A stretch of DNA of 64,000 nucleotides from Bacteroidaceae bacterium (GTDB lineage: Bacteria; Bacteroidota; Bacteroidia; Bacteroidales; Bacteroidaceae): assembly GCA_036655555.1 (NCBI GenBank), contig JAVVPX010000001.1, forward strand, positions 2,513-66,512, given 5' to 3'. The translations under genes and the position numbers were made by a program. Below are positions 9,831 to 21,477 of the stretch, piece by piece. A model generated the notes under the pieces. That model was not told the DNA's origin, searched no databases, and was given only the letters and a program-made list of their open reading frames with translations. Each line of letters begins with the position of its first letter. Position 1 is the first letter of the stretch.

Positions 9831-12800
9831 TTATGCCTCCCTGCCATGGCAATTTTTAAATTTCTTACCACTTCCACAAGGACAAGGGTCGTTACGTCCC
9901 ACCGTCTTTTCAGCTCTAATTGGTTCACGCTTAACTTCACGAGTATCTCGTTGAGCAGCTTCGTTCTGACGAGGGTCATTTAAATCTTGTTTTACTTCTT
10001 GATATTTGCTTCTATCTTCGTGAGTCTCGGGAACTGCTTGGCGCACTTGTTCCGGTTCTTGTACCGGAATTTGTCCACGCATTAAAACAGATGCCGTTTG
10101 GTTATTAATCTTGTTAACCATCACATCGAACAAGTTTACCGACTCTAATTTGTAAATCAACAAGGGGTCTTTTTGTTCGTAGCTGGCATTCTGTACCGAA
10201 TGTTTCAGTTCGTCCAATTCACGCAAGTTTTCTTTCCAAGCTTCATCAATCGTATGGAGAAGAATTGATTTCTCAAAAGATTTCACTATCTCTTTACTTT
10301 CACTTTCGTAAGCAGCTTTTAGATTGCACGATATATTGTACATCCGTTTTCCATCGGTGATAGGAATAAGAATGTTTTCGTACATATTTCCCTGCTTTTC
10401 ATAAACCTGCTTGATAACAGGATTTGCTACTTGAGCTAAGCGGTCTGTCTTACGTTTAAAGTTTGCCATAGCCACATCAAAAGTACGGTCAGCAAGTTTC
10501 TCTCGTTTCTCATTATGAAGCTCCTCTTCTGTAAACGGAACTTCCATCGCCAATGTATGTAACAAATCAATTTTTATTTCGTCATAATCATTACTTTCGA
10601 GAGCTGCGGCACATCTATCCCAAATTATATTCACGATATCCATACCGATACGCTCACCCATCAAAGCATGACGACGTTTGGTGTAAACAACCACACGCTG
10701 CTTATTCATCACATCATCGTATTCCAACAAACGTTTACGAATACCGAAGTTGTTCTCTTCTACCTTTTTCTGCGCACGCTCAATAGAGTTAGAAATCATC
10801 TTAGCTTCAATCATCTCTCCCTCTTTGAACCCTAATCTATCCATTACTCCGGCAATCTTGTCCGAAGCAAACAAACGCATTAAGTTATCTTCCAAAGAAA
10901 CAAAGAAAACAGAAGAACCCGGGTCTCCTTGACGACCTGCACGTCCACGTAACTGACGGTCTACACGACGAGATTCGTGACGTTCAGTTCCTATAATAGC
11001 TAAACCGCCCGCAGCTTTTACTTCTGGACTTAGTTTAATATCCGTACCACGACCTGCCATATTGGTAGCAATCGTAACAATACCTTTCATACCGGCTTTA
11101 GCTACAATATCTGCTTCTCGTTGATGTAATTTTGCATTCAATACATTGTGCTCAATCTTACGCATGGTAAGCATTTTGCTCAACATTTCGGAAATCTCCA
11201 CCGAAGTAGTACCCACTAACACCGGACGACCGGCGGTAACTAATGCTTCTATTTCCTCTATTACGGCTTTATACTTTTCCCTTTTAGTTTTGTAAACACG
11301 ATCGTTCATGTCTTTACGTGAAACAGGACGGTTGGTAGGAATAACCACCACATCCAATTTGTAAATATCCCAAAGTTCACCGGCTTCCGTTTCGGCAGTA
11401 CCTGTCATACCGGATAGTTTGTGATACATACGGAAATAGTTTTGAAGAGTGATAGTAGCAAAAGTCTGTGTGGCAGCTTCTACTTTTACATTTTCTTTTG
11501 CTTCGATAGCTTGATGCAAGCCATCGGAATATCGACGACCTTCCATAATACGTCCGGTCTGCTCATCTACAATCTTTACCTGCCCATCAATCACCACATA
11601 CTCATCGTCCTTTTCGAACATGGTATAAGCCTTCAACAACTGATTAATTGTGTGAACGCGTTCCGATTTGATAGCATAGTTTGTCATTATCTCATCTTTC
11701 TTTGCCAATATTTCTTCTTCGGAATATTGTCCGTTATCTAAAGCTGAGAGTTCGGAAGTAATATCAGGCAACACAAATAAGGTTGGGTCGGTAGAGTTTC
11801 CGGTAATTAAATCCACTCCCTTATCTGTGAGGTCTACACTATTCATTTTTTCATCAATAACAAAGTATAGAGGATCGGTAGCCTCGTGCATACGTTTGTT
11901 ATTCTGCTCCATATATATTTCTTCCGTGCGAAGCATATTTGCCTTAATGCCCTGTTCACTCAAATATTTAATAAGAGCTTTATTCTTTGGAAGTGCCTTA
12001 TGACTACGGAAGAGTGCAAGATAACCTTCTTCTTGCTCTTTTTTGTCGGCAGAAAGAATCATCCTTTTGGCATCTGCCAAATATTTTGTAGCTACTCCCT
12101 TTTGTACTTCTACTAATCTCTCCACCAAGGGACGAAGTTCTTCGAATAGTTGTTCTTCTCCCTTTGGTATCGGACCGGATATAATAAGCGGTGTACGAGC
12201 ATCATCAATCAATACAGAATCGACCTCATCCACAATCGCATAATTATGTTGACGCTGAACTAAGTCTTTGGGACTAGTAGCCATATTGTCGCGAAGATAA
12301 TCGAAGCCAAACTCATTGTTTGTTCCGAAAGTAATATCCGCTAAATAAGCTTGACGACGAGCGTCTGAATTTGGTTGATGCTTATCAATGCAATCTACGC
12401 TCAATCCATGGAACTGATAAAGCGGTCCCATCCATTCAGAGTCACGTTTCGACAAATAATCATTTACTGTTACCACGTGTACACCATTGCCGGTCAGTGC
12501 ATTTAAGAATACCGGAAGAGTAGCTACCAAAGTTTTACCTTCACCGGTTGCCATCTCCGAAATCTTTCCCTTATGAAGCACTACTCCACCAAAAAGCTGA
12601 ACATCGTAATGTACCATATTCCAAACGACCTCTGTTCCTCCGGCTATCCAATGGTTTTGATAAATAGCTTTATCGCCATCAATATGCACAAAATCTTTAG
12701 TGGTAGCAAGCAATCGGTCGAAGTCGGTGGCAGTAACTACTATTTTTTCATTCTCGCTAAAACGTTTAGCTGTTTCTTTCACGATAGAGAATGCCACAGG

Positions 12801-13121
12801 AAGAGAATCCTCCAAGGCTTTTTCGTATTTATCCAGCACTTCTTTGTCCAACTTGTCTATTTGGGCAAATAGTTCTTCCCTATCCTCTAATTCTGTAGTC
12901 TCTACACTATCTTTTAATTCCGCTATTTTTGCGCGTTCTTCCGCTGCCGAATCAAAGATGAACTTCTTTAGTTCTTCTGTTTTTCCGCGAAGTTCATCGT
13001 TACTTAATTTAGCAATATCAGGATAAGCGGCTTTAATCTTTTCTACCCACGGTTGAAATTCCTTCATGTCTCGAGTGGACTTGTTGCCGAATATCGAACT
13101 TAAAATCTCATTAAATCCCAT
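9831..13121 (-). CDS. secA: Preprotein translocase ATPase SecA
   Basis: [52 protein letters not shown]-terminal [23 protein letters not shown]. Confidence 0.98.
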   Translation of the reverse strand: MGFNEILSSIFGNKSTRDMKEFQPWVEKIKAAYPDIAKLSNDELRGKTEELKKFIFDSAAEERAKIAELKDSVETTELEDREELFAQIDKLDKEVLDKYEKALEDSLPVAFSIVKETAKRFSENEKIVVTATDFDRLLATTKDFVHIDGDKAIYQNHWIAGGTEVVWNMVHYDVQLFGGVVLHKGKISEMATGEGKTLVATLPVFLNALTGNGVHVVTVNDYLSKRDSEWMGPLYQFHGLSVDCIDKHQPNSDARRQAYLADITFGTNNEFGFDYLRDNMATSPKDLVQRQHNYAIVDEVDSVLIDDARTPLIISGPIPKGEEQLFEELRPLVERLVEVQKGVATKYLADAKRMILSADKKEQEEGYLALFRSHKALPKNKALIKYLSEQGIKANMLRTEEIYMEQNNKRMHEATDPLYFVIDEKMNSVDLTDKGVDLITGNSTDPTLFVLPDITSELSALDNGQYSEEEILAKKDEIMTNYAIKSERVHTINQLLKAYTMFEKDDEYVVIDGQVKIVDEQTGRIMEGRRYSDGLHQAIEAKENVKVEAATQTFATITLQNYFRMYHKLSGMTGTAETEAGELWDIYKLDVVVIPTNRPVSRKDMNDRVYKTKREKYKAVIEEIEALVTAGRPVLVGTTSVEISEMLSKMLTMRKIEHNVLNAKLHQREADIVAKAGMKGIVTIATNMAGRGTDIKLSPEVKAAGGLAIIGTERHESRRVDRQLRGRAGRQGDPGSSVFFVSLEDNLMRLFASDKIAGVMDRLGFKEGEMIEAKMISNSIERAQKKVEENNFGIRKRLLEYDDVMNKQRVVVYTKRRHALMGERIGMDIVNIIWDRCAAALESNDYDEIKIDLLHTLAMEVPFTEEELHNEKREKLADRTFDVAMANFKRKTDRLAQVANPVIKQVYEKQGNMYENILIPITDGKRMYNISCNLKAAYESESKEIVKSFEKSILLHTIDEAWKENLRELDELKHSVQNASYEQKDPLLIYKLESVNLFDVMVNKINNQTASVLMRGQIPVQEPEQVRQAVPETHEDRSKYQEVKQDLNDPRQNEAAQRDTREVKREPIRAEKTVGRNDPCPCGSGKKFKNCHGREA

Positions 13122-13166
13122 TGTATATTTTCTTATTATTATTTCTAGATTCTTTTAAAAACGTTG

Positions 13167-13174
13167 CAAAGTTA
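13167..13174 (-). promoter_or_regulatory. -7 promoter box (TAACTTTG) for secA
   Basis: Exact TAnnTTTG followed by C, 46 nt upstream of the ATG. Confidence 0.65.
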
Positions 13175-13214
13175 CATTAAAATGCTGATTTATTTACCTT
13201 TCAGCCTCTATATT

Positions 13215-14795
13215 TCATTTGCGAATATCAGTTAAAGGCGCAACGGAGGAAGCATTGGGTGCCCTAATCCTCATAAAATGTGCTAAAGTAGGGGCGATAC
13301 AATCAATCGTAATCGGAGAATGAACAACTTCAGATAGAATGTTTGCACCTAAAAATATAAGAGGTGAAGATATGTGAGACTTTCTAACTAACGTATTATT
13401 TGCAATATTCTCCTCCATGATAGTCCATCCCGGCAACACATCTATTAATAAGTCACCCGAACGTTTGCGATTATAGCCATTACGTATTCGTTGAATATCA
13501 GGAGTCCATGCCCCTAATAACAATCTATAAGAAGTATAAACCTCATTGACACCACTAAACTGAATTAAGAAATCTGAAGCTTTGCTCAATACTTCCGGAA
13601 GACGGAGTTGTTTATTCTCTAGCAACTTATGATTTAGATATATTTGCAATCCATGATAAGCCTCTACATACTGTCCCTCACCATAAAGAGCCATTAAATA
13701 CATATTTAATAAGGCTGCACAGCGATTGATATGGAACTCTCCACCCGGAATACGATATTTGTTTAAATCAGGAGCTTCCGCATCCGTATATCCGGTAGAA
13801 GTTATAAAGAAAAGCGTATTCTGCAATCCTACTTTTTTGTCGACCAAATCTAATAAAGCCGCAATACTCTTATCTAATTTTACATAAGAATCTTGCATTT
13901 CCAACGCATTGTCTCTTATACTCTTATGATCATAATTACCGGCATAGTAAGTCAACGACAACATATCGGGAATATCATCTTTTCCCATCTGTGTGTTGTT
14001 AAGACATTCGGTAGCTAAACGATTAACTTCCTCATTAATAAATGGACTGCTTATTAGTTTGCGGTATTTATTCTTTTTTTGGTCATCGAAACGATATATA
14101 AAAGGTTCTTGTGCCCATTCTGAACCTAAGAACTTATAACTAGTAACCGGATGAGTTGGTGTCCACGTAATATTTTCAATTCTGAAATCCAATGCATTTT
14201 GCTCATTATACTTATTCATCCACCAAGGAAACTCAAGATAATAAGTAGTACTACACCATTTTCCCGTATTATCATTCAACCAAAAAGCTCCATTACCTGA
14301 ATGCCCTGCTGCCAAAATAGCTGCTTCACGATAAGGAGCAATAGCGTAAACCAATCCTTTACCTTGAGTAGCTATCTTTAGTTCATCCGAAATAGTAGAA
14401 ACCATTAATTTAGAAGCAGATGATGTTTCATCAGTATAGTTACCCATGAAATTTTTATCATCCACACAATTGACAACCCTTAAAGAAGTATTGTCTAACC
14501 AATTCTCACCAATGATACCATTTGTTCCGGAAGTAGTTCCTGTATAAATAGCAGCAATGGATGATGCTCTATCTACATTCGAAAAATTAAATTCAGCATT
14601 ACGATATACTCTCCCCTCTCTCCATAAACGTTTGAAACCTCCCTCTCCATATAAAGAGACAAAAGCTTCTATATAATCGGTTCGCAACTGATCGACAGTT
14701 AATCCGATAACTAATTTAGGAGTAGCAGGAAGCACTTGCGCCTGCAATCCGGTAAAGGTAAGTACGGTAATAAGGGATGTTAGTAATCCTTTCAC
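13215..14795 (-). CDS. Alkaline phosphatase/NPP superfamily (PafA-like) protein with degenerate active site
   Basis: PKLVIGLTVDQLR, GGFKRL and IYTGT motifs present; GTG start and signal peptide; canonical nucleophile and Zn-ligand motifs are altered. Confidence 0.8.
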   Translation of the reverse strand: MKGLLTSLITVLTFTGLQAQVLPATPKLVIGLTVDQLRTDYIEAFVSLYGEGGFKRLWREGRVYRNAEFNFSNVDRASSIAAIYTGTTSGTNGIIGENWLDNTSLRVVNCVDDKNFMGNYTDETSSASKLMVSTISDELKIATQGKGLVYAIAPYREAAILAAGHSGNGAFWLNDNTGKWCSTTYYLEFPWWMNKYNEQNALDFRIENITWTPTHPVTSYKFLGSEWAQEPFIYRFDDQKKNKYRKLISSPFINEEVNRLATECLNNTQMGKDDIPDMLSLTYYAGNYDHKSIRDNALEMQDSYVKLDKSIAALLDLVDKKVGLQNTLFFITSTGYTDAEAPDLNKYRIPGGEFHINRCAALLNMYLMALYGEGQYVEAYHGLQIYLNHKLLENKQLRLPEVLSKASDFLIQFSGVNEVYTSYRLLLGAWTPDIQRIRNGYNRKRSGDLLIDVLPGWTIMEENIANNTLVRKSHISSPLIFLGANILSEVVHSPITIDCIAPTLAHFMRIRAPNASSVAPLTDIRK

Positions 14796-14796
14796 T

Positions 14797-15996
14797 TTAT
14801 TTTCGTTTATAAGTCAATATAAGATTGCTCGCAGAGCGTAGCAACAAACAAAGCGTCAAAGGTAATATAGCTGAGCTAATTTCTTGCGGTATTATCCCCC
14901 AAAGCAATATAAAAAGTGTTAAAACGATAAAATTAATCAGGTGATAATAATCTTTTCTTCTCTTTATAGCCAAATAAGTCATAAAAGGCAAATAAATCAA
15001 AGGTATAGGATTCAGCAAAACAAGAAGATAATTAGGACTGACTGTTGGATGAACAGAGAAAAAGACTAGAAACGCAATTACGCACCCTGCTAATCCCACT
15101 ATTCCAAAAAGCAAAATATCCAGCCACCAAAAAGACATCCCTTTCCACACCCCTAAAACAGTGAACAAAAGAGTAAACAAGAGCAAAAGTCCCATTGCTA
15201 CCATTGGGGATATCGAAGAAAACAAGTTATCCTCTCCCTTTTCCTCAATTGAACGAGTTACTATTTCTTGCGTCTCTTTTATCATTACTCTATTCTTCCC
15301 GCTTAGTTCTTTTATCTTAGCGGAATCCATAGCGTGCAACAAATAAAATGGAGAAAACATCTTTTGACGAAATCCTATTGGTTTGTCAGCTTCACTGCCT
15401 AAACAAATATCTATGCCGAACTCCGACCACGGAAATCCCTTTGTGTATTCATGAATAATATCTCGAAAGGTTTTTTTTATGTTGTTTCCCTGATAATTAA
15501 CCGTACCATAAATACATTCTTCTATTTTATCTCTGGCACGAGTAGTGCAATTATCAAAAAAGAAATTATACCGATATACCCTATTCTCAGGCTGATAGTT
15601 TTCTGTAAGAATTTGCCAAAGCTTTTCTTTTTCCTCCGGTTGCAAATTCAACGTTTGTTGATAGACACTAGAATTACGCATTGCATATTCCCTTTCAAAA
15701 TACGAGAAATCCACCACTCCAAGCTCATAATCAGTCTCTCCTTTTACAAATCGGAAGATAAAGTTCGGAGAATTAAAACTAAACATACCATAATTAAATG
15801 CTACATCCACTCCCTTTTCCAAATTCTCATAACGAATAGCAGTATGTCCAAACAGTGAATAAATTTCTGTACCCGGAGAACAGGTTAACAAACTCACGCG
15901 CACAGAATCAACCGTATTTGCGTTTGCTTTAGTTGGCAAAAAGAGCAAAAGAAAAAATCCTATTATATATAAGGTGTATATAGTCCTTTTTAACAT
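14797..15996 (-). CDS. lnb: DUF4105 membrane protein, probable Bacteroides lipoprotein N-acyltransferase Lnb
   Basis: SLLTCSPG...FGHTAIR, FNYGMF, YRYNFFFDNCTTR (His/Cys pair) plus ~5 C-terminal TM helices. This matches the architecture reported for Lnb (recall). Confidence 0.7.
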   Translation of the reverse strand: MLKRTIYTLYIIGFFLLLFLPTKANANTVDSVRVSLLTCSPGTEIYSLFGHTAIRYENLEKGVDVAFNYGMFSFNSPNFIFRFVKGETDYELGVVDFSYFEREYAMRNSSVYQQTLNLQPEEKEKLWQILTENYQPENRVYRYNFFFDNCTTRARDKIEECIYGTVNYQGNNIKKTFRDIIHEYTKGFPWSEFGIDICLGSEADKPIGFRQKMFSPFYLLHAMDSAKIKELSGKNRVMIKETQEIVTRSIEEKGEDNLFSSISPMVAMGLLLLFTLLFTVLGVWKGMSFWWLDILLFGIVGLAGCVIAFLVFFSVHPTVSPNYLLVLLNPIPLIYLPFMTYLAIKRRKDYYHLINFIVLTLFILLWGIIPQEISSAILPLTLCLLLRSASNLILTYKRK

Positions 15997-16026
15997 ATCA
16001 ATAATGGTCTAATGGTTTATTATCTG

Positions 16027-16034
16027 CAAAAATA
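16027..16034 (-). promoter_or_regulatory. -7 promoter box (TATTTTTG) for lnb operon
   Basis: TAnnTTTG-C about 30 nt upstream of the start, in a divergent intergenic region. Confidence 0.5.
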
Positions 16035-16146
16035 GTTCTATTTTATTATTAAATCTGTTGAAAAAGAGTTTTTTTAACTATTTGATAAGCTATTCATACA
16101 CATGGTATCTTTTTTTTGACTTACTTTGCAGTCTTAAAAGAATAAA

Positions 16147-16875
16147 GTGAACTTAATAATAGATATCGGAAATACTTTAGCAAAGATTGCAGTTTTTGAT
16201 GGATACATTTTGAAAGAAGTGTTTTCTTCTACTAATCAATCTTTAGATGCTTTATCGGAAGTAAACGCTAAATATTCTTTGGAGAACGGCATTCTATCAT
16301 CTGTTGTTACATTAAGTGATAAGATAAAGCAACAATTGGAGCAACTTTCTTTTGAAATTATTTATTTAAATGAAAATACTCCTATTCCGATTAATAACTT
16401 ATATCAAACCCCTGAAAGTTTAGGGAACGATCGGTTGGCAGCGGTAATTGGAGCTAATGAAAGATTTCCGAATAAAGACATTTTAGTAATTGACGCAGGC
16501 ACGGCATTGACTTACGATTTTATTGATGCTAGAGGAAACTATCATGGAGGAAATATTGCGCCGGGAATGCAAATGCGCTTTAAGTCATTGAATATGTTTA
16601 CTAATAAATTACCTTTGGTTAAAAAAGAAGGCGTATTATTAGATATTGGTAAAAATACCGATACAGCAATTAGGGCTGGAGTAATTAAAGGCATTGAATT
16701 TGAAATAATAGGGTATATTTCTCTTCTTAAAAAGAATTATCCCGAACTTTTGGTTTTTTTAACGGGAGGAGATGAATTTTCTTTTGATACGAATTTAAAA
16801 AGTATCATCTTTGCAGAGAAATTTTTAGTGCTGAAAGGCTTAAACAGAATTTTGAATTATAATGGTAGGATATAA
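16147..16875 (+). CDS. coaX: Type III pantothenate kinase
   Basis: [35 protein letters not shown]. Confidence 0.95.
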   Translation: MNLIIDIGNTLAKIAVFDGYILKEVFSSTNQSLDALSEVNAKYSLENGILSSVVTLSDKIKQQLEQLSFEIIYLNENTPIPINNLYQTPESLGNDRLAAVIGANERFPNKDILVIDAGTALTYDFIDARGNYHGGNIAPGMQMRFKSLNMFTNKLPLVKKEGVLLDIGKNTDTAIRAGVIKGIEFEIIGYISLLKKNYPELLVFLTGGDEFSFDTNLKSIIFAEKFLVLKGLNRILNYNGRI

Positions 16876-18106
16876 ACAAGTGATTTGTGGGCTATTGCTC
16901 ACTACCTTTTCGGGACTTATAGAAGCTCAAAACAATACAAACTCTCCTTATACTCGTTATGGTTTTGGAGTGTTATCCGACCAATCTTTCGGCAACAGCA
17001 AAGGTATGGGAGGTGTTTCTTTGGGTCTAAGAGATGGTTCACAAATAAATGTATCTAATCCGGCTTCATATACCGCCATTGATTCTCTTACTTTTTTGTT
17101 TGAAGGTGGAATAACCTTGCAAAATACAAACTTTGGAGATGGGAATACAAAGATGAATGCCAAAAACTCTAGTTTTGATTATATTGCAATGCAATTTCGT
17201 TTAAACAAACATTTTGCAATGAGTGCAGGTTTTCTCCCTTTTTCCAATGTGGGATATAACTTTGGCGCATCGGAAACAAAAGCAGATTATACAGAATATA
17301 ATTCATTTACCGGAGAAGGAGGATTGAATCAGATTTTCGCCGGTGTGGGATATAAAATAGTTGAGAATTTTTCGATAGGTGCAAATGTTTCTTATTTGTT
17401 CGGAGACATCAAGCATCAATCTAAGACTAGCTTTAGTGATGGAACTACTAATTCCACTATTAATTCTACTACAAAAATAGAAGAAATGTCCGTGCATAAC
17501 TATAAGTTAGACTTCGGAGCACAGTATACTCAATACTTCAACGAAAAGCATTCCGCAACTTTAGGAGTTGTATATTCTCTCAAACATAGTTTAAATAGCG
17601 ATGCATACAAATATACCGGATCTACCGTAACTAGGATCGATACTATATCTAATGGTTTTGAGCTACCTCACTTATTTGGTATTGGTATCACTTATATGTA
17701 TGACAAACGATTAACAGTCGGTTTTGATTATTCTTTCCAGAAATGGAGTAAGGCTAGATTCTATGATACTTACAATAACTTATCAGATCGCTCAAAGTAT
17801 TCAATTGGAGCAGAGTACATCCCCAGCCTCACTAATCGCAACTACTTCAGTAGAGTAAAATATCGTGTAGGAGGTTATTATTCCGATACTTACGCCAAAA
17901 TTAATGGGCAAAATGCTGCTAGAGAATATGGTATTTCGTTTGGTTTTGGACTACCGGTATTTAGTAGTAAATCATTGCTTAGTATAACGGGACAATATGT
18001 TAAGATTACTCCAATAGCTAAAGGAATGTTAGATGAAAACTATCTAAAATTAAGTATAGGACTAACATTTAATGAACGTTGGTTTATGAAATGGAAAGTC
18101 GAATAA
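16862..18106 (+). CDS. FadL-like outer-membrane beta-barrel, candidate Bacteroidota BAM accessory barrel (BamG-like)
   Basis: Signal peptide, N-terminal [10 protein letters not shown]...GMGG..NPAS hatch-like motif, alternating aromatic beta-strands, C-terminal FNERWF. BAM link is from recalled synteny only. Confidence 0.65.
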   Translation: MVGYKQVICGLLLTTFSGLIEAQNNTNSPYTRYGFGVLSDQSFGNSKGMGGVSLGLRDGSQINVSNPASYTAIDSLTFLFEGGITLQNTNFGDGNTKMNAKNSSFDYIAMQFRLNKHFAMSAGFLPFSNVGYNFGASETKADYTEYNSFTGEGGLNQIFAGVGYKIVENFSIGANVSYLFGDIKHQSKTSFSDGTTNSTINSTTKIEEMSVHNYKLDFGAQYTQYFNEKHSATLGVVYSLKHSLNSDAYKYTGSTVTRIDTISNGFELPHLFGIGITYMYDKRLTVGFDYSFQKWSKARFYDTYNNLSDRSKYSIGAEYIPSLTNRNYFSRVKYRVGGYYSDTYAKINGQNAAREYGISFGFGLPVFSSKSLLSITGQYVKITPIAKGMLDENYLKLSIGLTFNERWFMKWKVE

Positions 18107-18130
18107 TAAATATTATAACTAAAATTACAT

Positions 18131-19480
18131 ATGATGAAAATTAAAACGCTACTAATCGCTGCGTGCGCTCTTTCAATAGGAACGACAAGCGCCTTCGCCC
18201 AAAAGGGAGCAGAAGATGGGTCTAAGTACGGACATGGAACTGATAGTCTTAATTGTTTAAGAAATCTTAGTATGTACAGCGAAAATGTAAAAACAGAAAA
18301 TTTCAAAGATGCTTATCTTCCTTGGAAAGCTGCTTTTACAGAATGTCCTTCATCCATGTTAAGTCTTTATACCAATGGGGCTAAAATAATAAAGTGGTTC
18401 CTTGCTAACGAAAAAGATCCGGTAAAATACAATAAGTATTTTGACGAATTGATGAAAGTTTATGATCAACGCATCAAGTATTTCCCTAATTATAGAAATA
18501 CGCCGGCAGCTGCTGTATTAGGTATGAAAGCAATTGATTATCTTCAACTATCTAAAAAACCTAATTTAGACACCGCTTACCAATGGTTATCGGAATCAAT
18601 AGAAAAAATGCAAACAGAATCTGAACATTATGTGCTTCAGTATTTTATGGATATTTCTTCTCAGAAATTTAAAATAGATCCTAATCATAGAGAAAAGTTT
18701 ATCCAAGATTATCTTACAGCTGCTTCTTTAGCTGAAAAAGCATTAAGCACAGCAACTAAAGAAAAAGACAAGAAAAACTATAAATTGGTAAAAGATAATT
18801 TGGATGCCTATTTTATTAATAGCGGAGCTGCAGATTGCAAAATGTTACAATCTATCTATGGCGATAAAGTTGAAACAAATAAGACTAATTTAGAATATTT
18901 GAAGAATGTGATTTCTGTCATGAGAATGTTGAAATGTACAGATCAAGAAGCTTATTTTGCTGCTTCTTTGTATGCACACAAAATAGCCCCAACTTCGGAA
19001 ACCGCAGCCGGATGCGCTTATATGGCCTTGAAGAAGAAAGATACGGAAGAAGCTATCAAATTCTTTGACCAAGCTATTCAATTAGAACAAGAAAATATAA
19101 AGAAAGCCGAATTTGCTTATAATGCAGCAGCAATACTTGCTTCCGTCAAAAATCTATCGAGAGCTAGACAATATGCTCGTAGAGCGATTGAATTAAATGG
19201 CAATTACGGTGCTCCATATATTCTAATTGCTCAATTATATGCTACAAGTCCTAATTGGAGTGATGAATCAACTTTAAACAGATGTACTTATTTCCTTGTA
19301 ATAGACAAATTACAACGAGCAAAAAGTGTAGATCCTAGTGTAACTAGCGAAGCAAACAGATTAATTGGTTCTTATGCCGGTCATACTCCTAAAACAGAAG
19401 ATTTATTCTTCTTAAATATGAAGAAAGGCGATTCTGTTACTATCGGTGGATGGATTGGTGAAAGTACAGTGATTAGATAA
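18131..19480 (+). CDS. Periplasmic tetratricopeptide-repeat protein
   Basis: Signal peptide (AFA|Q) and helical TPR-like repeats (AIKFFDQAIQLE, ARQYARRAIELNGNYGAPY). Confidence 0.8.
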   Translation: MMKIKTLLIAACALSIGTTSAFAQKGAEDGSKYGHGTDSLNCLRNLSMYSENVKTENFKDAYLPWKAAFTECPSSMLSLYTNGAKIIKWFLANEKDPVKYNKYFDELMKVYDQRIKYFPNYRNTPAAAVLGMKAIDYLQLSKKPNLDTAYQWLSESIEKMQTESEHYVLQYFMDISSQKFKIDPNHREKFIQDYLTAASLAEKALSTATKEKDKKNYKLVKDNLDAYFINSGAADCKMLQSIYGDKVETNKTNLEYLKNVISVMRMLKCTDQEAYFAASLYAHKIAPTSETAAGCAYMALKKKDTEEAIKFFDQAIQLEQENIKKAEFAYNAAAILASVKNLSRARQYARRAIELNGNYGAPYILIAQLYATSPNWSDESTLNRCTYFLVIDKLQRAKSVDPSVTSEANRLIGSYAGHTPKTEDLFFLNMKKGDSVTIGGWIGESTVIR

Positions 19481-19481
19481 T

Positions 19482-20108
19482 ATGTCACTCAGACAAAGAA
19501 ATAAATTTTTATTTATCAATATAAGCATAACGGTTACCTGCTGGGCAATCGTTATGCTTCTTTTATTTCCGTCTTGCTCATCAAAAAAGGAGAAATTGGG
19601 AGAAGCTATATTAGAAAGAGACTCCTTACCGGGTATGAGAACTTTGGGAGTAAACACTTTAGTTTCGGACTCCGGCATTACTCGTTATCGTGTAAAAGCA
19701 GAAGAATGGCTTATCTTTGATAAAAAGAATCCTCCTTATTGGGCTTTTGAAAAAGGCATTTACTTAGAAAAATTTGATTCTCTCTATCGGGTAAGTGCTA
19801 ATATAAAAGCCGACACTGCTTATTATTATGAAAGAGAGAAACTATGGGAACTTAGGGGACACGTAAAAATACAAAATCTACAAGGAGATAAAATTACGAC
19901 TTCCTTATTCTTTTGGAATCAAAACACACAAAAGATTTATTCTAATAAACACACAGTCATAGAACAAATTGACAAGACACGTTTAGTGGGTCAAAATGGA
20001 TTTGAATCGAATCAAGAGATGACTCAATATACCATTTACGATAATGAAGGTATATTCTTCATTGACGATACACCGAATGATTCTATTAAATCCGACTCTA
20101 TAAAATAA
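19482..20108 (+). CDS. lptC: LPS export periplasmic protein LptC
   Basis: N-terminal membrane anchor/lipobox, then SDSG, FEKGIYLEKFD, IKADTAYY, LWELRGHV, LFFWNQ beta-jellyroll pattern. Confidence 0.82.
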   Translation: MSLRQRNKFLFINISITVTCWAIVMLLLFPSCSSKKEKLGEAILERDSLPGMRTLGVNTLVSDSGITRYRVKAEEWLIFDKKNPPYWAFEKGIYLEKFDSLYRVSANIKADTAYYYEREKLWELRGHVKIQNLQGDKITTSLFFWNQNTQKIYSNKHTVIEQIDKTRLVGQNGFESNQEMTQYTIYDNEGIFFIDDTPNDSIKSDSIK

Positions 20109-20110
20109 TC

Positions 20111-21370
20111 ATGAATATTATCTTTCAGATATTGATAACAATGACTTTCTCCGCATTCTTCTCAGGAATGGAGATTGCTTTTGTATCTTCCAGCAAACTA
20201 CGTTTTGAAATGGATAAAAGCGATAAGAGCATTACTTCACGCATCTTATCTATCTTTTTTAAAAGTCCCAACAATTTTATCTCTACCATGCTGGTTGGCA
20301 ATAATATAGCGTTGGTTATTTATGGTATATTGATGGCTCAATTAATTAGCAAGACTTTTTTAATTGGCATCATTGACAATGGATTTGTGATGGTACTCAC
20401 ACAAACGATTATTTCCACATTCATTATTTTAATTACCGGCGAATTTATCCCCAAGACTATCTTTAAAATAAATTCGAATCTCTCGCTTAGGATATTTGCC
20501 ATCCCCACCTTTATTTGCTACATAATCCTCTATCCCATCTCTAAATTTGCTTCCGGATTATCGAACTTAATTCTTCGCTTATTAGGGATAAAAGTAAATA
20601 AAGAAGTATCCGGAAAAGCTTTTAGCAAAATAGATTTAGACTATTTCATACAATCGAGCATCGACAATTTAGATAGCAAAGAAGAATTAGACGCAGAAGT
20701 AAAAATATTTAGAAACGCATTAGACTTTTCGAACGTAAAAATAAGGGATTGCATAGTACCTCGAACCGAGATAGAAGCAGTAGAAATAGGAACAAGTTTA
20801 GAAGACCTTAAATCCAAATTTATTGAATCGGGCATTTCAAAGATTATTGTTTACGAGGAAAATATAGACAATATTGTAGGTTATATCCATTCGTCCGAAA
20901 TGTTCAAGAATATAGATAAATGGAGCAATCAAATCCAGCAAATACCTATTGTCCCCGAAACGATGTCGGCTCATAAGCTTATGACCCTGTTTATGCAACA
21001 AAAGAAATCGCTCGCTGTGGTAGTTGATGAGTTTGGTGGAACTTCGGGTATTGTTTCACTCGAAGATTTAGTAGAAGAAATATTCGGAGATATAGAAGAT
21101 GAGCACGACATCTCCTCTTATATAGCAAAAGAAATAGAGCCAAATGAATATCTTCTTTCGGCTCGACTCGAAATAGAGAAAGTAAATGAATTGTTCAATC
21201 TTAATTTGCCGGATTCTGACGATTATCTGACGATAGGTGGATTGATACTTAACCAATATCAGAGCTTCCCCAAATTACACGAAATAGTAAAAATAGATAA
21301 GTATCAATTTAAAATAATCAAAGCTTCACCAACTAAAATAGAACTCGTTAGGATGAAAGTGATAGATTAA
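20111..21370 (+). CDS. HlyC/CorC (CNNM-CBS-CorC) family transporter
   Basis: FSAFFSGMEIAF, GEFIPK, VPRTEI, VVDEFGGTSGIVSLEDLVEEIFGDIEDE. Confidence 0.92.
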   Translation: MNIIFQILITMTFSAFFSGMEIAFVSSSKLRFEMDKSDKSITSRILSIFFKSPNNFISTMLVGNNIALVIYGILMAQLISKTFLIGIIDNGFVMVLTQTIISTFIILITGEFIPKTIFKINSNLSLRIFAIPTFICYIILYPISKFASGLSNLILRLLGIKVNKEVSGKAFSKIDLDYFIQSSIDNLDSKEELDAEVKIFRNALDFSNVKIRDCIVPRTEIEAVEIGTSLEDLKSKFIESGISKIIVYEENIDNIVGYIHSSEMFKNIDKWSNQIQQIPIVPETMSAHKLMTLFMQQKKSLAVVVDEFGGTSGIVSLEDLVEEIFGDIEDEHDISSYIAKEIEPNEYLLSARLEIEKVNELFNLNLPDSDDYLTIGGLILNQYQSFPKLHEIVKIDKYQFKIIKASPTKIELVRMKVID

Positions 21371-21477
21371 TGTATTTTTTTAGCTAATAAATAGATACAT
21401 ATTAGCAATTTTTGTATCTTCGTGCGCTTAAACATAATCACAGAAAGAAAATAAATAACTAAAAATAGTATAATTAA

